64,000 bases of DNA from Klebsiella phage HMGUkp2. Location: the sequence record PV683292.1; one strand, written 5' to 3'. The position numbers and the translations under genes are program-made. The notes beneath the pieces are model-generated. The model was not told where the DNA came from. It saw nothing but the letters and a program-made list of their open reading frames with translations, and made no database searches. Below are positions 55,872-64,000 of this stretch, one piece after another. Position 1 is the stretch's first letter. Each line of letters begins with the position of its first letter.

Positions 55872-56108
55872 ATGGCTTATGTAAATATTAAAACTTTTGA
55901 TCATACCGTAGCCGGTGGCGAGGTTAAAGGCACAGAGGTATCGGTTGATTTCAAAGTATATTCCGACTCGCACCGCATTGCTGATGCTCAGTATCAAACT
56001 TTCCCGTCTGAAAAGCCTGCTTATTCTACGGTAATTGATGATGCAGCGGCTTGGGCTACTGCTAATGCGAAAATGTTTGAAGCAACCCCGGACGACGCTG
56101 GGGTATAA
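55872..56108 (+). CDS. soc: small outer capsid protein Soc
   Basis: 78 aa; YVNIKTF...SDSHRIADAQYQTFPSEKPAYSTV matches T4 Soc (YVNIKTF...SDVHKISGAHYQTFPSEKAAYSTV). Confidence 0.75.
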   Translation: MAYVNIKTFDHTVAGGEVKGTEVSVDFKVYSDSHRIADAQYQTFPSEKPAYSTVIDDAAAWATANAKMFEATPDDAGV

Positions 56109-56112
56109 TATT

Positions 56113-56145
56113 AAGGACTCCTTCTGGAGTCCTTTTTTGCTTTTA
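56113..56145 (+). terminator. intrinsic terminator after soc
   Basis: GGACTCCTTCTGGAGTCC + TTTTTT. Confidence 0.75.
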
Positions 56146-56181
56146 GTAGAGTAGGTAGAATACTTAAAACAACATGAGGAA

Positions 56182-56427
56182 ATGAAGATGGTTAAAAGTA
56201 CACCTTGGCGTAAACCTATTGGTGACTGCGGCGGCATCAATACTCTTATTGAACAACATTATAACCGGTTGCATGCTAAAGATTCATTTTGTTATTTTGA
56301 TGTTATTACTCATGCATACCGTGAAGTAGGTACATCTCTTGAAGCTGCCATTGAAGTCCAGTACTGGACCTTGCATAAAAAGAAGCGTAAAATAACTCAT
56401 ATTTCGTTTGAGACTTTCCGCGTATGA
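56182..56427 (+). CDS. hypothetical protein
   Basis: 81 aa. Confidence 0.4.
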   Translation: MKMVKSTPWRKPIGDCGGINTLIEQHYNRLHAKDSFCYFDVITHAYREVGTSLEAAIEVQYWTLHKKKRKITHISFETFRV

Positions 56428-56593
56428 ATTGGATTAAACGATTCTTAGACTGGTCTCTCGCTAACGAGAAATCTCCAGGCCAAGATTTCTGGGATGCTTT
56501 AGAAAAGGACCGCAATAATGAAGCAAAGAAGAAACTTATCAAGTACAGTGAAAAGGAAGTTATTGAACTGGCTAACAAATATCTGGTGATTCC

Positions 56594-56989
56594 ATGATTA
56601 ATTGGTTAAAGAATTTATTTGCACCACGGGCTGTTCCTGAAAAGCCATCGTTCGTTAAAGAGCGTGAATATGTTTATGTCGGCGATGGCATGATGGAAGA
56701 GGTTATTAAAGACACACGTACCCCATTACAAAAAGCTTTAGATGAAGTCACTATTGCTAATGCCTCTAGATTTAAGGAAATCCAAGAACAGGCGGCGCAG
56801 GCCAGAAAACGTAACCGGAATAGTATGGTTCCTTTGCCTGGTTCTAGTTCTAGCTCTAATTATACTTCACATTACGTTGATTCTACCCCAATAATTGCTG
56901 CTACAGCGGCAGCAGTTTATGCAGGAAGTTCATATGACTCTGGTAGCAGTTACTCCAGTTGTGACTCGGGCTCAGTTAGTTGCGACTAA
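56594..56989 (+). CDS. hypothetical protein with Ser-rich C-terminus
   Basis: 131 aa. Confidence 0.4.
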   Translation: MINWLKNLFAPRAVPEKPSFVKEREYVYVGDGMMEEVIKDTRTPLQKALDEVTIANASRFKEIQEQAAQARKRNRNSMVPLPGSSSSSNYTSHYVDSTPIIAATAAAVYAGSSYDSGSSYSSCDSGSVSCD

Positions 56990-57156
56990 GCCTAATTATC
57001 AGCACGCGATCTATAAAAGCCCACTTAAGAAATCTGACTTTGGTGCCTGGTACCGAGGCATCAGAGCAATGATTTTTCTGCTTAAGGCAGGACCAGCTAT
57101 AATGGCTGCGAACGATAAGTGGTTTGAAGAAAACAAAATGACTGAAGGAGCCTATT

Positions 57157-57660
57157 GTGGCAGACGCAAAAATCTATAAAGTAGGTATTAGCTTGGCTGA
57201 TAAAGACGGCCGTATTGAAGATACGGTTCGAACCTTTGATGTTGCATTATACAACATGTACGCTGACGACGTCCGAGTCTTAATTGACAAATTCCTAGAT
57301 ACAAGCTGGGTGCCTAGTATTGAATATGGGCAAGTTCGTATCATGCATATGTATGATGTGAATTATCGTAAAGGTAGCCCATGGGGTGTTCAAGAAGCTC
57401 TTATTAAGAACGGCTACAAACATATCAGCTGTTTTGAAACACCTTTTGATTACGATAGCAACGGTACTATTGAGAAAGGAAATAAGATTATTCTTAATAC
57501 AGTATCTGATGATATTCGGTATTTAGCTAAAATGGTCTGGAACTACATGAATGCTGATGCCGCGGACTGGGTACCGTCTACTAACCTTAAACGTGCTGTA
57601 GAAGATTATGAAAAAGCTGCAGCTATCCGTCAATACCAACCGTTAGAGTGGTTTATGTAA
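57157..57660 (+). CDS. hypothetical protein (GTG start)
   Basis: GAAGGAG RBS then GTG; 167 aa. Confidence 0.45.
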   Translation: MADAKIYKVGISLADKDGRIEDTVRTFDVALYNMYADDVRVLIDKFLDTSWVPSIEYGQVRIMHMYDVNYRKGSPWGVQEALIKNGYKHISCFETPFDYDSNGTIEKGNKIILNTVSDDIRYLAKMVWNYMNADAADWVPSTNLKRAVEDYEKAAAIRQYQPLEWFM

Positions 57661-57836
57661 TGGATCTGTTTGAAATGTTCGAGGCCGCCGCTCAAGAGCC
57701 TGTATCGCCGCTTGAGGACTTGATTAACGAACTTGATATGACCATACAGAAACACGGAATAAATCTCCCTCCCGCCGCCTTGTTAGAGCTGGCTTCATAT
57801 TATCGTGACCCTCCGCCATGGGCACCTTGGAAGTAA
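57660..57836 (+). CDS. small hypothetical protein
   Basis: TAATG coupling; 58 aa. Confidence 0.35.
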   Translation: MDLFEMFEAAAQEPVSPLEDLINELDMTIQKHGINLPPAALLELASYYRDPPPWAPWK

Positions 57837-57846
57837 ATCCAAAGGT

Positions 57847-57903
57847 GTTTACATCCTCTTTTTAACGTGTTAGTATCTCTCACATCAAACAGGAGATACT
57901 AAC
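57847..57903 (+). promoter_or_regulatory. early promoter cassette p
   Basis: GTTTACATCC ... GTTAGTATCTCTCACA ... AGGAGATACTAACATG. Confidence 0.5.
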
Positions 57904-58506
57904 ATGCTTATCCAAATCAGTTCAGAAGAAAAAGTTCGTCAAAGTATCCAGTCTAAAGTGGAAGAAAAATTCACTGATATGGAACAAAGTACTCTGTGGC
58001 TTTGTTTGAATGATAAGAATGAAGAACTTATTCATTCCAGGCTGAACCCGATAGTACGTAAGCACATGTCTACTACGGTGCCTGCAGAATTGTATCGTGG
58101 GGTGACACTGATTGAAGCGCAAAAACTTTATAATCTAGCTGAAGGTGATACATTTACTTTAGTCCGTGTTACAAGTTTCAGCTCTGATTTCTCCACAGCC
58201 AAGCAGTTTGCTTCTAAATGGCATTACGATTCAAATCTGATTCTAAGTATACAGAACTGCCCGTGGGCCTACAACTATCAAGAAGATATCACTAATATTC
58301 TTCTTGGTGCTCCTGATGAAGAGTACATGGGTTCAGTACCAGTTGAAGATCAACGCGAGGATAAGTTAGATATGGTTCAAGGTGAGTGCGAGTTTATGCT
58401 TCCAAAGGAAGCAGCGTACCGCATATTACGTATCGAAGATAAATCTAATCCAGACACAAACACAACAGATTATACTATTCTTCATCTGGAACTTGTCAGC
58501 TGGTAA
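57904..58506 (+). CDS. ADP-ribosyltransferase, ModA/ModB-like
   Basis: 200 aa (T4 ModA size); R (YRGVTL), STS-like (FSSDFST) and Q/ExE (QGECEF) triad; position upstream of dda as T4 mod genes. Confidence 0.55.
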   Translation: MLIQISSEEKVRQSIQSKVEEKFTDMEQSTLWLCLNDKNEELIHSRLNPIVRKHMSTTVPAELYRGVTLIEAQKLYNLAEGDTFTLVRVTSFSSDFSTAKQFASKWHYDSNLILSIQNCPWAYNYQEDITNILLGAPDEEYMGSVPVEDQREDKLDMVQGECEFMLPKEAAYRILRIEDKSNPDTNTTDYTILHLELVSW

Positions 58507-58575
58507 TAGCCTGAAGCCAAAGATCCATGAAACCATTATACCATTCAAATTTTTAAAGCAAATAAGGGCTCAAAA

Positions 58576-58767
58576 ATGCACAAATTCTTAATCATGTTAT
58601 GGTACACTAAAGATGGCGAACACTACCATTCTAGCTTCGAAAAAACCATCTTCGGGCCTGACGTCCACTGGGTTGCACAGCAATACGCAGAAGTCAACGA
58701 TAACTGCCTCTGCAAAATCTTCTTAGGCGACCGCAAAATCGCTGAGCACGGGTCTCACAAACAGTAG
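58576..58767 (+). CDS. hypothetical protein
   Basis: 63 aa. Confidence 0.35.
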   Translation: MHKFLIMLWYTKDGEHYHSSFEKTIFGPDVHWVAQQYAEVNDNCLCKIFLGDRKIAEHGSHKQ

Positions 58768-58825
58768 TTTACAATGGTGTAGAAGCGTGTTACTATATTT
58801 CTACACCAACATTGAGGATAAAATC
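58768..58825 (+). promoter_or_regulatory. early promoter-stem-loop cassette q
   Basis: TAGTTTACAATGGTGTAGAAGCGTGTTACTATATTTCTACAC. Confidence 0.6.
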
Positions 58826-59566
58826 ATGCAAGCATCTAACCAAGTTATCGTAGCACGTCGTCTGGCTAAAACTTTTGAATCGGCTAAGTCCAGAGGCAAA
58901 GAATTCAATCTTACCTTTGAGTACATGGCTAACATTTTAGCTCAAACACATTGTGCTTACTCTGGCGAGAAATTCTCTGAGTTTGGGCCCGACTCAATGA
59001 CTCTTGAGCGTTGGGACAACGACAAAGGTTACGTGATCGGTAACGTGATTCCTGTCAAAGAGAAATACAACTCTGCAAGAAGAGATTACTCTATTGAGCA
59101 GATGGAATCTCTGGCCAAAGAAAAATCAGCTCGCATTGTTCGTGGTTCAGATAACAGGCCTGTAACTTTAGCGGACGAAACCAAAGCTAAAATTGAGATT
59201 ATTGAGAAAAATATTGAAGCTATTAAGGCTCGAATGGAAGGAAGAATTGCAGCCCTGAATTCTCGTTTATCTGAAGAAACCCTCGATGAAGCTGGTAAAG
59301 TAATGGTAGCTTCTCTCAAAGCCCGCATTGAAGGCGGCAAGGCTGAGATAGGTCGTCAAGAAGCTAAGCTGTTTGCTCTTCGTGACGGGCGTAGCGCTAA
59401 GAACGCTACTAAGCTCTCTAAAGCAGAGGAACAGGTCCGTATCTATGGTATAATTGTTGAAGCTCTTAAACGATTAGAGAAACGTAACTGGTTGGATACC
59501 AAGAAACTGGAAAAAGGACTGCCGTTGAATTGTTCACTGCTCCAATTAATTAAAGGTAAAATGTAA
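58826..59566 (+). CDS. Srd-like protein (by position between mod and dda); coiled-coil C-terminal half
   Basis: 246 aa; ATG after GAGGATAAAATC. Confidence 0.35.
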   Translation: MQASNQVIVARRLAKTFESAKSRGKEFNLTFEYMANILAQTHCAYSGEKFSEFGPDSMTLERWDNDKGYVIGNVIPVKEKYNSARRDYSIEQMESLAKEKSARIVRGSDNRPVTLADETKAKIEIIEKNIEAIKARMEGRIAALNSRLSEETLDEAGKVMVASLKARIEGGKAEIGRQEAKLFALRDGRSAKNATKLSKAEEQVRIYGIIVEALKRLEKRNWLDTKKLEKGLPLNCSLLQLIKGKM

Positions 59567-59874
59567 TGATGATGCACTATGGATATGCGCTTGTGTATAA
59601 GGACAAATCTGGATTTGTACTTCCTTATGAATACAACGGGTGCTGCAATGTCTTCTCTGATGAAGCCAAAGCTAAAAATGAATATGAGGCTTTAAAAGCT
59701 TACTTAGAACATAAATTTGTTACCCGAGTTAAGTCTGTGGAGCGTCGAGTCGTCCCCCGTAAGTGGTGGTTCCCTAAAGTGCTTATTGTGACAACGCACT
59801 ATAGTGATGACGAACTTAAATCTCTCCGCCAAATCATTAGCACACTGCATGTTAAAAGGGTAAAATTAGCTTGA
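59566..59874 (+). CDS. hypothetical protein
   Basis: 102 aa. Confidence 0.4.
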   Translation: MMMHYGYALVYKDKSGFVLPYEYNGCCNVFSDEAKAKNEYEALKAYLEHKFVTRVKSVERRVVPRKWWFPKVLIVTTHYSDDELKSLRQIISTLHVKRVKLA

Positions 59875-61202
59875 TTACTTTAGATATGCTGAACAAAGGT
59901 CAGAAGAAAGCCTTTGACTATATTATCAGTCGTATTAAAGCCGGCAAAGGAAACCATATCACTTTAAATGGCCCGGCTGGAACTGGTAAAACTACGATGA
60001 CTAAATTCATCGTTGATTACTTGATTTCTCAAGGAGTATCTGGTGTCGTTTTAGCGGCTCCTACGCATGCCGCTAAAAAAGTATTAAGTAAATTGTCCGG
60101 TATCGAAGCTCGGACAATCCACAGCTTGTTGAAAATTAACCCGACGACGTATGAAGACTCTATAACATTTGAGCAAAAAGGCGATGTAGACGTTTCTGAA
60201 TTACGGGTAGTAGTTTGTGACGAAGCCTCTATGTACGACCGAAAACTGTTCCGGATTCTGATGGCCACCATTCCACGGTATTGTCTTGTCATTGCTATAG
60301 GTGATAAGGCTCAGATTCGTCCTGTAGAACCTGGCTCTACTGAACCGGCCCTATCGCCGTTTTTCACCCATAAAGATTTTGACCAGCTTGAACTTGATGA
60401 AGTGATGCGAAGTAACGCTCCTATCATTAAAGTAGCTACAGATATCCGTAATGGTAAATGGATCTATGATCACCAACAAGATGGCCACGGCGTTCACGGG
60501 TTCACGTCAACCACGGCTCTTAAAGATTTCATGATGAAATATTTTGAAATCGTTAAAGACCCAGAAGACATGTTCGAAAATAAGATGTTTGCTTTCACGA
60601 ATAAATCTGTCGATAAACTAAATTCTATTATTCGACGACGAATTCTTGAGACTGAAGATGCTTTTATCAAGGGTGAAGTTATAGTAATGCAGGAGCCTTT
60701 GATCAAAGAGCTTGAATTCGAAGGTAAAAGGTTTAACGACCTTAAATTTAATAACGGGCAGTATGTTCGTATTGTGAGCGCCGAATATGTTTCATCATTT
60801 GTTTCTTGTACAGGTGTCTCTGGTGAATATATGATTCGACACTGGCGGTTAGCTGTAGAAACTTATGACAAGGATGAAGATTATCATCTAGAAACTATTA
60901 ACGTTATCTCTGATGAACAAGAACAAAATAAGTTCCAGTTCTTTTTGGCTAAGGCCGCTGATACTTATCGCAACTGGCAGAAAGGTGGCAAGGCCCCTTG
61001 GAAATCTTTTTGGGCCGCTAAACGTATGTTCCATAAGGTAAAACCTCTGCCGGCTTCAACATTTCATAAAGCCCAAGGGTTATCAGTAGATACTAGCTTT
61101 CTATATACACCATGTATTCATGTAGTAAATGATGTTGAATTTGCTAGACAACTACTGTATGTCGGCGCTACACGAGGCCGACACGATGTTTATTATGTAT
61201 AG
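59871..61202 (+). CDS. dda: Dda DNA helicase (SF1B)
   Basis: 443 aa; LNGPAGTGKTTMTKFI, ILAAPTHAAKK.LSKLSG.EA.TIHS.LKINP.TYE ... near-identical blocks to T4 Dda; TTG start (or ATG 59886). Confidence 0.9.
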   Translation: MITLDMLNKGQKKAFDYIISRIKAGKGNHITLNGPAGTGKTTMTKFIVDYLISQGVSGVVLAAPTHAAKKVLSKLSGIEARTIHSLLKINPTTYEDSITFEQKGDVDVSELRVVVCDEASMYDRKLFRILMATIPRYCLVIAIGDKAQIRPVEPGSTEPALSPFFTHKDFDQLELDEVMRSNAPIIKVATDIRNGKWIYDHQQDGHGVHGFTSTTALKDFMMKYFEIVKDPEDMFENKMFAFTNKSVDKLNSIIRRRILETEDAFIKGEVIVMQEPLIKELEFEGKRFNDLKFNNGQYVRIVSAEYVSSFVSCTGVSGEYMIRHWRLAVETYDKDEDYHLETINVISDEQEQNKFQFFLAKAADTYRNWQKGGKAPWKSFWAAKRMFHKVKPLPASTFHKAQGLSVDTSFLYTPCIHVVNDVEFARQLLYVGATRGRHDVYYV

Positions 61203-61209
61203 GTGAACT

Positions 61210-61431
61210 ATGCTACGTATTAACGAATATACAGCTAACAAATTAATTGAATCTTATGACACTCGCCATGAAAATATGATGCCTCACCAAGCTGAAGCGA
61301 TGTATAAGGTTCGTTGCATCTGTGAAAATGCTATTAGCGTTGCATCTTATCTAGGTGCAACCCCAGACATCATTATTCCTAGCAATTTGGTTGAAGTTAT
61401 GTCAACAATTGCTTATGAAGGTAAACTATGA
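61210..61431 (+). CDS. hypothetical protein
   Basis: 73 aa. Confidence 0.4.
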   Translation: MLRINEYTANKLIESYDTRHENMMPHQAEAMYKVRCICENAISVASYLGATPDIIIPSNLVEVMSTIAYEGKL

Positions 61432-62114
61432 TTGATATTATTATCGACTACGAAACATTTGCTACAACTTCTAACTCTGCGGTAATTGATCTGAGTTTAA
61501 TTGCCTATGACCCAGACCCTGAAGTAGTTCAATCTTTAGATGAACTTATTTCTAAAGGCCTGCGTGTTAAATTCGATCTCGCATCACAGAAAGGCTCCAG
61601 ATTATTCTCTAAGTCAACTTTAGCTTGGTGGAAGGACCAATCTCCAGAAGCCCGTAAGAACTTGGCCCCGTCTACTGAAGATAAAACAGTTATCGAAGGC
61701 ATTAAGATCGTACTAGACTGGATTCGCGAACAAGGCGTCGATCCATGGAACAGTCAGATGTGGTGCCGTGGAATGAGCTTCGATATTCCTATTTTCACAG
61801 ATATGATTCGTGAACTGTATCGGGCCGAAGGCATCCCTGAAAATGAAATCGATACCTTTAAACTTGAGCCTGTTAAGTTCTGGAATCAACGTGATATCCG
61901 TACTGCTATTGAAGCATACAGTACAGTACGCGGTATGACTACGACTCCTCTACCTAATGGCACCCTTAAAGGCTTTGTAGCCCATGACAGTCTTCATGAT
62001 TGTGCTAAAGATATTTTGATGTTAAAGTATGCACAGCGTTACGCCCTTGGCCTGGATGAATGCCCGTCTGAAGCCGAAGCCGACCCACTTTCACTGAGTA
62101 AAACACTTCACTGA
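61428..62114 (+). CDS. dexA: exonuclease A (DexA, DEDDh 3'-5' exonuclease)
   Basis: 228 aa; IDYETF, KFDL.SQKG.RLF.KST..WWK.QSPEARKN.APS.ED, CRGMSFD.PI, FVAHDS.HDCAKD match T4 DexA. Confidence 0.9.
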   Translation: MIDIIIDYETFATTSNSAVIDLSLIAYDPDPEVVQSLDELISKGLRVKFDLASQKGSRLFSKSTLAWWKDQSPEARKNLAPSTEDKTVIEGIKIVLDWIREQGVDPWNSQMWCRGMSFDIPIFTDMIRELYRAEGIPENEIDTFKLEPVKFWNQRDIRTAIEAYSTVRGMTTTPLPNGTLKGFVAHDSLHDCAKDILMLKYAQRYALGLDECPSEAEADPLSLSKTLH

Positions 62115-62124
62115 GTAAAACACG

Positions 62125-62298
62125 ATGAACGATTTTGAGTATGATGAAAACTTTGAAGAATGGTTTAACTCGACCATTCTTCCTGAAATCTCCCCAAACA
62201 TGGTTTTAGTTGTTAAAGCAACTATGGCGAAAGGTTGGGAAGCTGGTTATAATTTTGGTGTTGACGTCGGTATTGAACTTTCTAACTGTATTCGCTAA
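62125..62298 (+). CDS. small hypothetical protein (57 aa)
   Basis: ORF immediately downstream of dexA. Confidence 0.3.
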   Translation: MNDFEYDENFEEWFNSTILPEISPNMVLVVKATMAKGWEAGYNFGVDVGIELSNCIR

Positions 62299-62307
62299 GG
62301 AAATAAA

Positions 62308-62685
62308 ATGATCCCTATTGATTCTCTGGTCTATGTATCCACTCAGTCCCGTTCCCGTATCGCCGGCAAGTCGGGTATTGTAGATGCCGTCCGTTTTGGT
62401 TGGCTTGGTGAAATTAAAGAATATGTTATCTCTTCTAATGGGGTTGTTGGCTATGTATCACCAGAGTATGTATCAATGATTGGGACTGTGGCTCTTGATG
62501 ACGACTACGATATCCGTGACGATCTTCTGTGTAAAGCAGTTCAAATCGAAACTCCTTTCATCCGCGTGTGCGGTTGGGTTTCCGACCAGTGGGTTGAAGA
62601 TGGCGTAGAACTGCTGAATGTAGTTCACGATGGCGATTACTCTGTGGTTCCGCGTTCTGCAGTGAAAAACATTATCACTAAGTAG
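62308..62685 (+). CDS. hypothetical protein
   Basis: 125 aa. Confidence 0.45.
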   Translation: MIPIDSLVYVSTQSRSRIAGKSGIVDAVRFGWLGEIKEYVISSNGVVGYVSPEYVSMIGTVALDDDYDIRDDLLCKAVQIETPFIRVCGWVSDQWVEDGVELLNVVHDGDYSVVPRSAVKNIITK

Positions 62686-62746
62686 TTTACAACCAGGTAG
62701 GAGCGTGATACTATGCTCCTACCAACCAAATGAGAGGAAAATAAAA
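62685..62746 (+). promoter_or_regulatory. early promoter-stem-loop cassette r
   Basis: TAGTTTACAACCAGGTAGGAGCGTGATACTATGCTCCTACC (perfect 9-bp inverted repeat). Confidence 0.6.
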
Positions 62747-62968
62747 ATGAAAGTTATAGCTACCACAGGTTCAAATCGCGACGAATTCGAAGATGTTCTG
62801 TTTAATCCAGATCTAGTAGTTGTGCAGAAAGATATCACTGAATTTTTATGCTATACCCAAATCGTGTATGTCTATAACAAATTAGGCGACACTGTTCCGG
62901 CTTATGCTATTTTCCGTGAAGTTTCTGAAAACGGTACTGATTACTGGAAAGAAACCTACGAGGCTTAA
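62747..62968 (+). CDS. hypothetical protein
   Basis: 73 aa. Confidence 0.4.
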   Translation: MKVIATTGSNRDEFEDVLFNPDLVVVQKDITEFLCYTQIVYVYNKLGDTVPAYAIFREVSENGTDYWKETYEA

Positions 62969-62969
62969 A

Positions 62970-63695
62970 ATGCAAAACAAATATTTCCGCTTTATCAGTG
63001 ATGAAGCCCGGACCCGATTTGAAAGCAACTATTCTTCAAATGCCGATATCGCTAATGCTATTCAGAACAGCATTTTTAAAGTTATTCGGCTTACCGGTAA
63101 TGATAGCGTCGTAGCTATTCAGTTTAAAAGCGGCGCGATTCTTACACACGGTAAAGATGGTCTCTGCATAACCCGCGCTGAGATGGACGAGTTCTTTGTT
63201 GAAGTCTGCGGCTTTGGCGGCGATTCAGGCATTTGGGAAGAGGGTGAAACCTACATCTGTACTGATTTAAAAGGTTTAGTTCAACGCAGTAAATTGAACA
63301 TTCGTTTTGCTGAACTAGTTCATTTGAACCGGTTTAAGGTTCTAACTGTTGATTATAGCCTTGGCAGCCCTCGTGTTAAGTCTGTTCAAGTAGGTAACCA
63401 GAAAATCAATCTGGCGTTAGTTCAAGCAGAACGTCCGTTCTTTAGACGTTGGATCGATTTCAAAAACAACATCAACGGCGATATAATTGTTCAAGAATAC
63501 CTCGATGAGCTTGGTGAGCTCGGCGAACTAGATGAACACGATGAGCCACAAGATGCTGAGAACGACATCGGTGCTGTTGAGCCAGCTCCACTAGTCCTTG
63601 AAGGACCTGCAAAGATTGAACTAACCGTATCAGATGAAAAATCTCGTCTGACAGCAATTAAATTTTTAGAAGGAACTCGTTTTGCCGACGTATAA
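62970..63695 (+). CDS. hypothetical protein with acidic C-terminus
   Basis: 241 aa. Confidence 0.45.
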   Translation: MQNKYFRFISDEARTRFESNYSSNADIANAIQNSIFKVIRLTGNDSVVAIQFKSGAILTHGKDGLCITRAEMDEFFVEVCGFGGDSGIWEEGETYICTDLKGLVQRSKLNIRFAELVHLNRFKVLTVDYSLGSPRVKSVQVGNQKINLALVQAERPFFRRWIDFKNNINGDIIVQEYLDELGELGELDEHDEPQDAENDIGAVEPAPLVLEGPAKIELTVSDEKSRLTAIKFLEGTRFADV

Positions 63696-63858
63696 CTATA
63701 AATGTGAAGCTTGTGATGAAGAGCGCGAGTACATTCGTAAAATCTCTGAACGCGACGAGCCAGTAGAGTGCCCGTTCCTGAATTGCGAAGGTAAAATGCA
63801 TCGTACTGTGTCTGCTCCGGCAGTTCACTATGACGGTCTTAAATCAGGTGACTACTAA
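63682..63858 (+). CDS. FmdB-family zinc-ribbon protein (TTG start)
   Basis: (M)PTYNYKCEACDEEREY...CPFLNCEG matches MP.YEY.C..C family N-terminus; overlaps upstream gene end. Confidence 0.4.
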   Translation: MPTYNYKCEACDEEREYIRKISERDEPVECPFLNCEGKMHRTVSAPAVHYDGLKSGDY

Positions 63859-63948
63859 TGGGCTTTAAACCCCGAGTTAAAATGGTCTCTGGCGAGATGC
63901 GAGAAATCAAATTTAAAGATGGTCGCACTGTGATACTTCGTAAGAAAT

Positions 63949-63975
63949 AAGGGCTTAGGCCCTTTTGCTTTTTAG
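63949..63975 (+). terminator. intrinsic terminator
   Basis: GGGCTTAGGCCC + TTTTGCTTTTT. Confidence 0.65.
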
Positions 63976-64000
63976 AATACAGGATAATATAACCTCCACT

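Overview
This window is a T4-like (Tevenvirinae/Straboviridae) phage early/middle region, read 5'->3' in the direction of early transcription. Almost every gene is on the + strand and tightly packed, with many ATGA/TAATG stop-start overlaps. The syntenic backbone is recognisable from sequence: tRNA cluster -> nudE -> lysozyme e -> internal proteins/denV -> regB -> tk -> nrdC -> endonuclease VII (49) -> gp55 -> gp47/gp46 -> RpbA-like -> gp45 -> gp44/62 -> regA -> gp43 DNA polymerase -> [novel island] -> uvsX -> gp40-like -> gp41 -> gp61 -> gp56-like dCTPase -> Soc -> ModA-like ADP-ribosyltransferase -> Dda -> DexA. Differences from T4 are:

- **Replaced locus.** The imm/42/beta-gt interval between gp43 and uvsX is replaced by a ~5.7 kb cluster (42.7-48.4 kb). 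It encodes a nucleotidyltransferase fused to an APH-like kinase, a HAD phosphatase, a thymidylate-kinase-like P-loop kinase, a peptidase-U32-family Fe-S protein, a thymidylate-synthase-fold pyrimidine hydroxymethylase (gp42-like) and a translationally coupled 298-aa protein in the beta-gt position. I interpret this as a candidate, possibly undescribed, DNA base-hypermodification / activated-sugar pathway.
- **Absent in the syntenic interval.** alpha-gt, dam, imm and nrdD/nrdG are not present where T4 has them.
- **Repeated promoter cassette.** About 18 copies of a conserved early-promoter + stem-loop element (GTTTACA ... TACTATA inside an inverted repeat) sit upstream of genes.
- **denV** carries an in-frame amber codon.
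- **tRNA cluster.** There is an unusual 124-nt tRNA-like RNA whose anticodon region carries a 48-nt insertion.
- **Paralog arrays.** One five-member tandem family ends in a G-W-x-SSS-xx-C motif, and a membrane-protein pair shares a C-terminal NW(I/V)KGCRK motif.
- **Internal proteins.** Three genes carry an [11 protein letters not shown] capsid-targeting leader.
- **ADP-ribosylation toolkit.** NADAR, macro-domain and ModA-like ART proteins are all present.
- **Mobile element.** A GIY-YIG homing endonuclease is wedged between gp55 and gp47.
- **Opposite-strand gene.** A lone minus-strand late gene has a perfect TATAAATA promoter and an AGGAGG RBS.

All homology statements come from reading the translated ORFs against remembered family motifs; no database search was possible.
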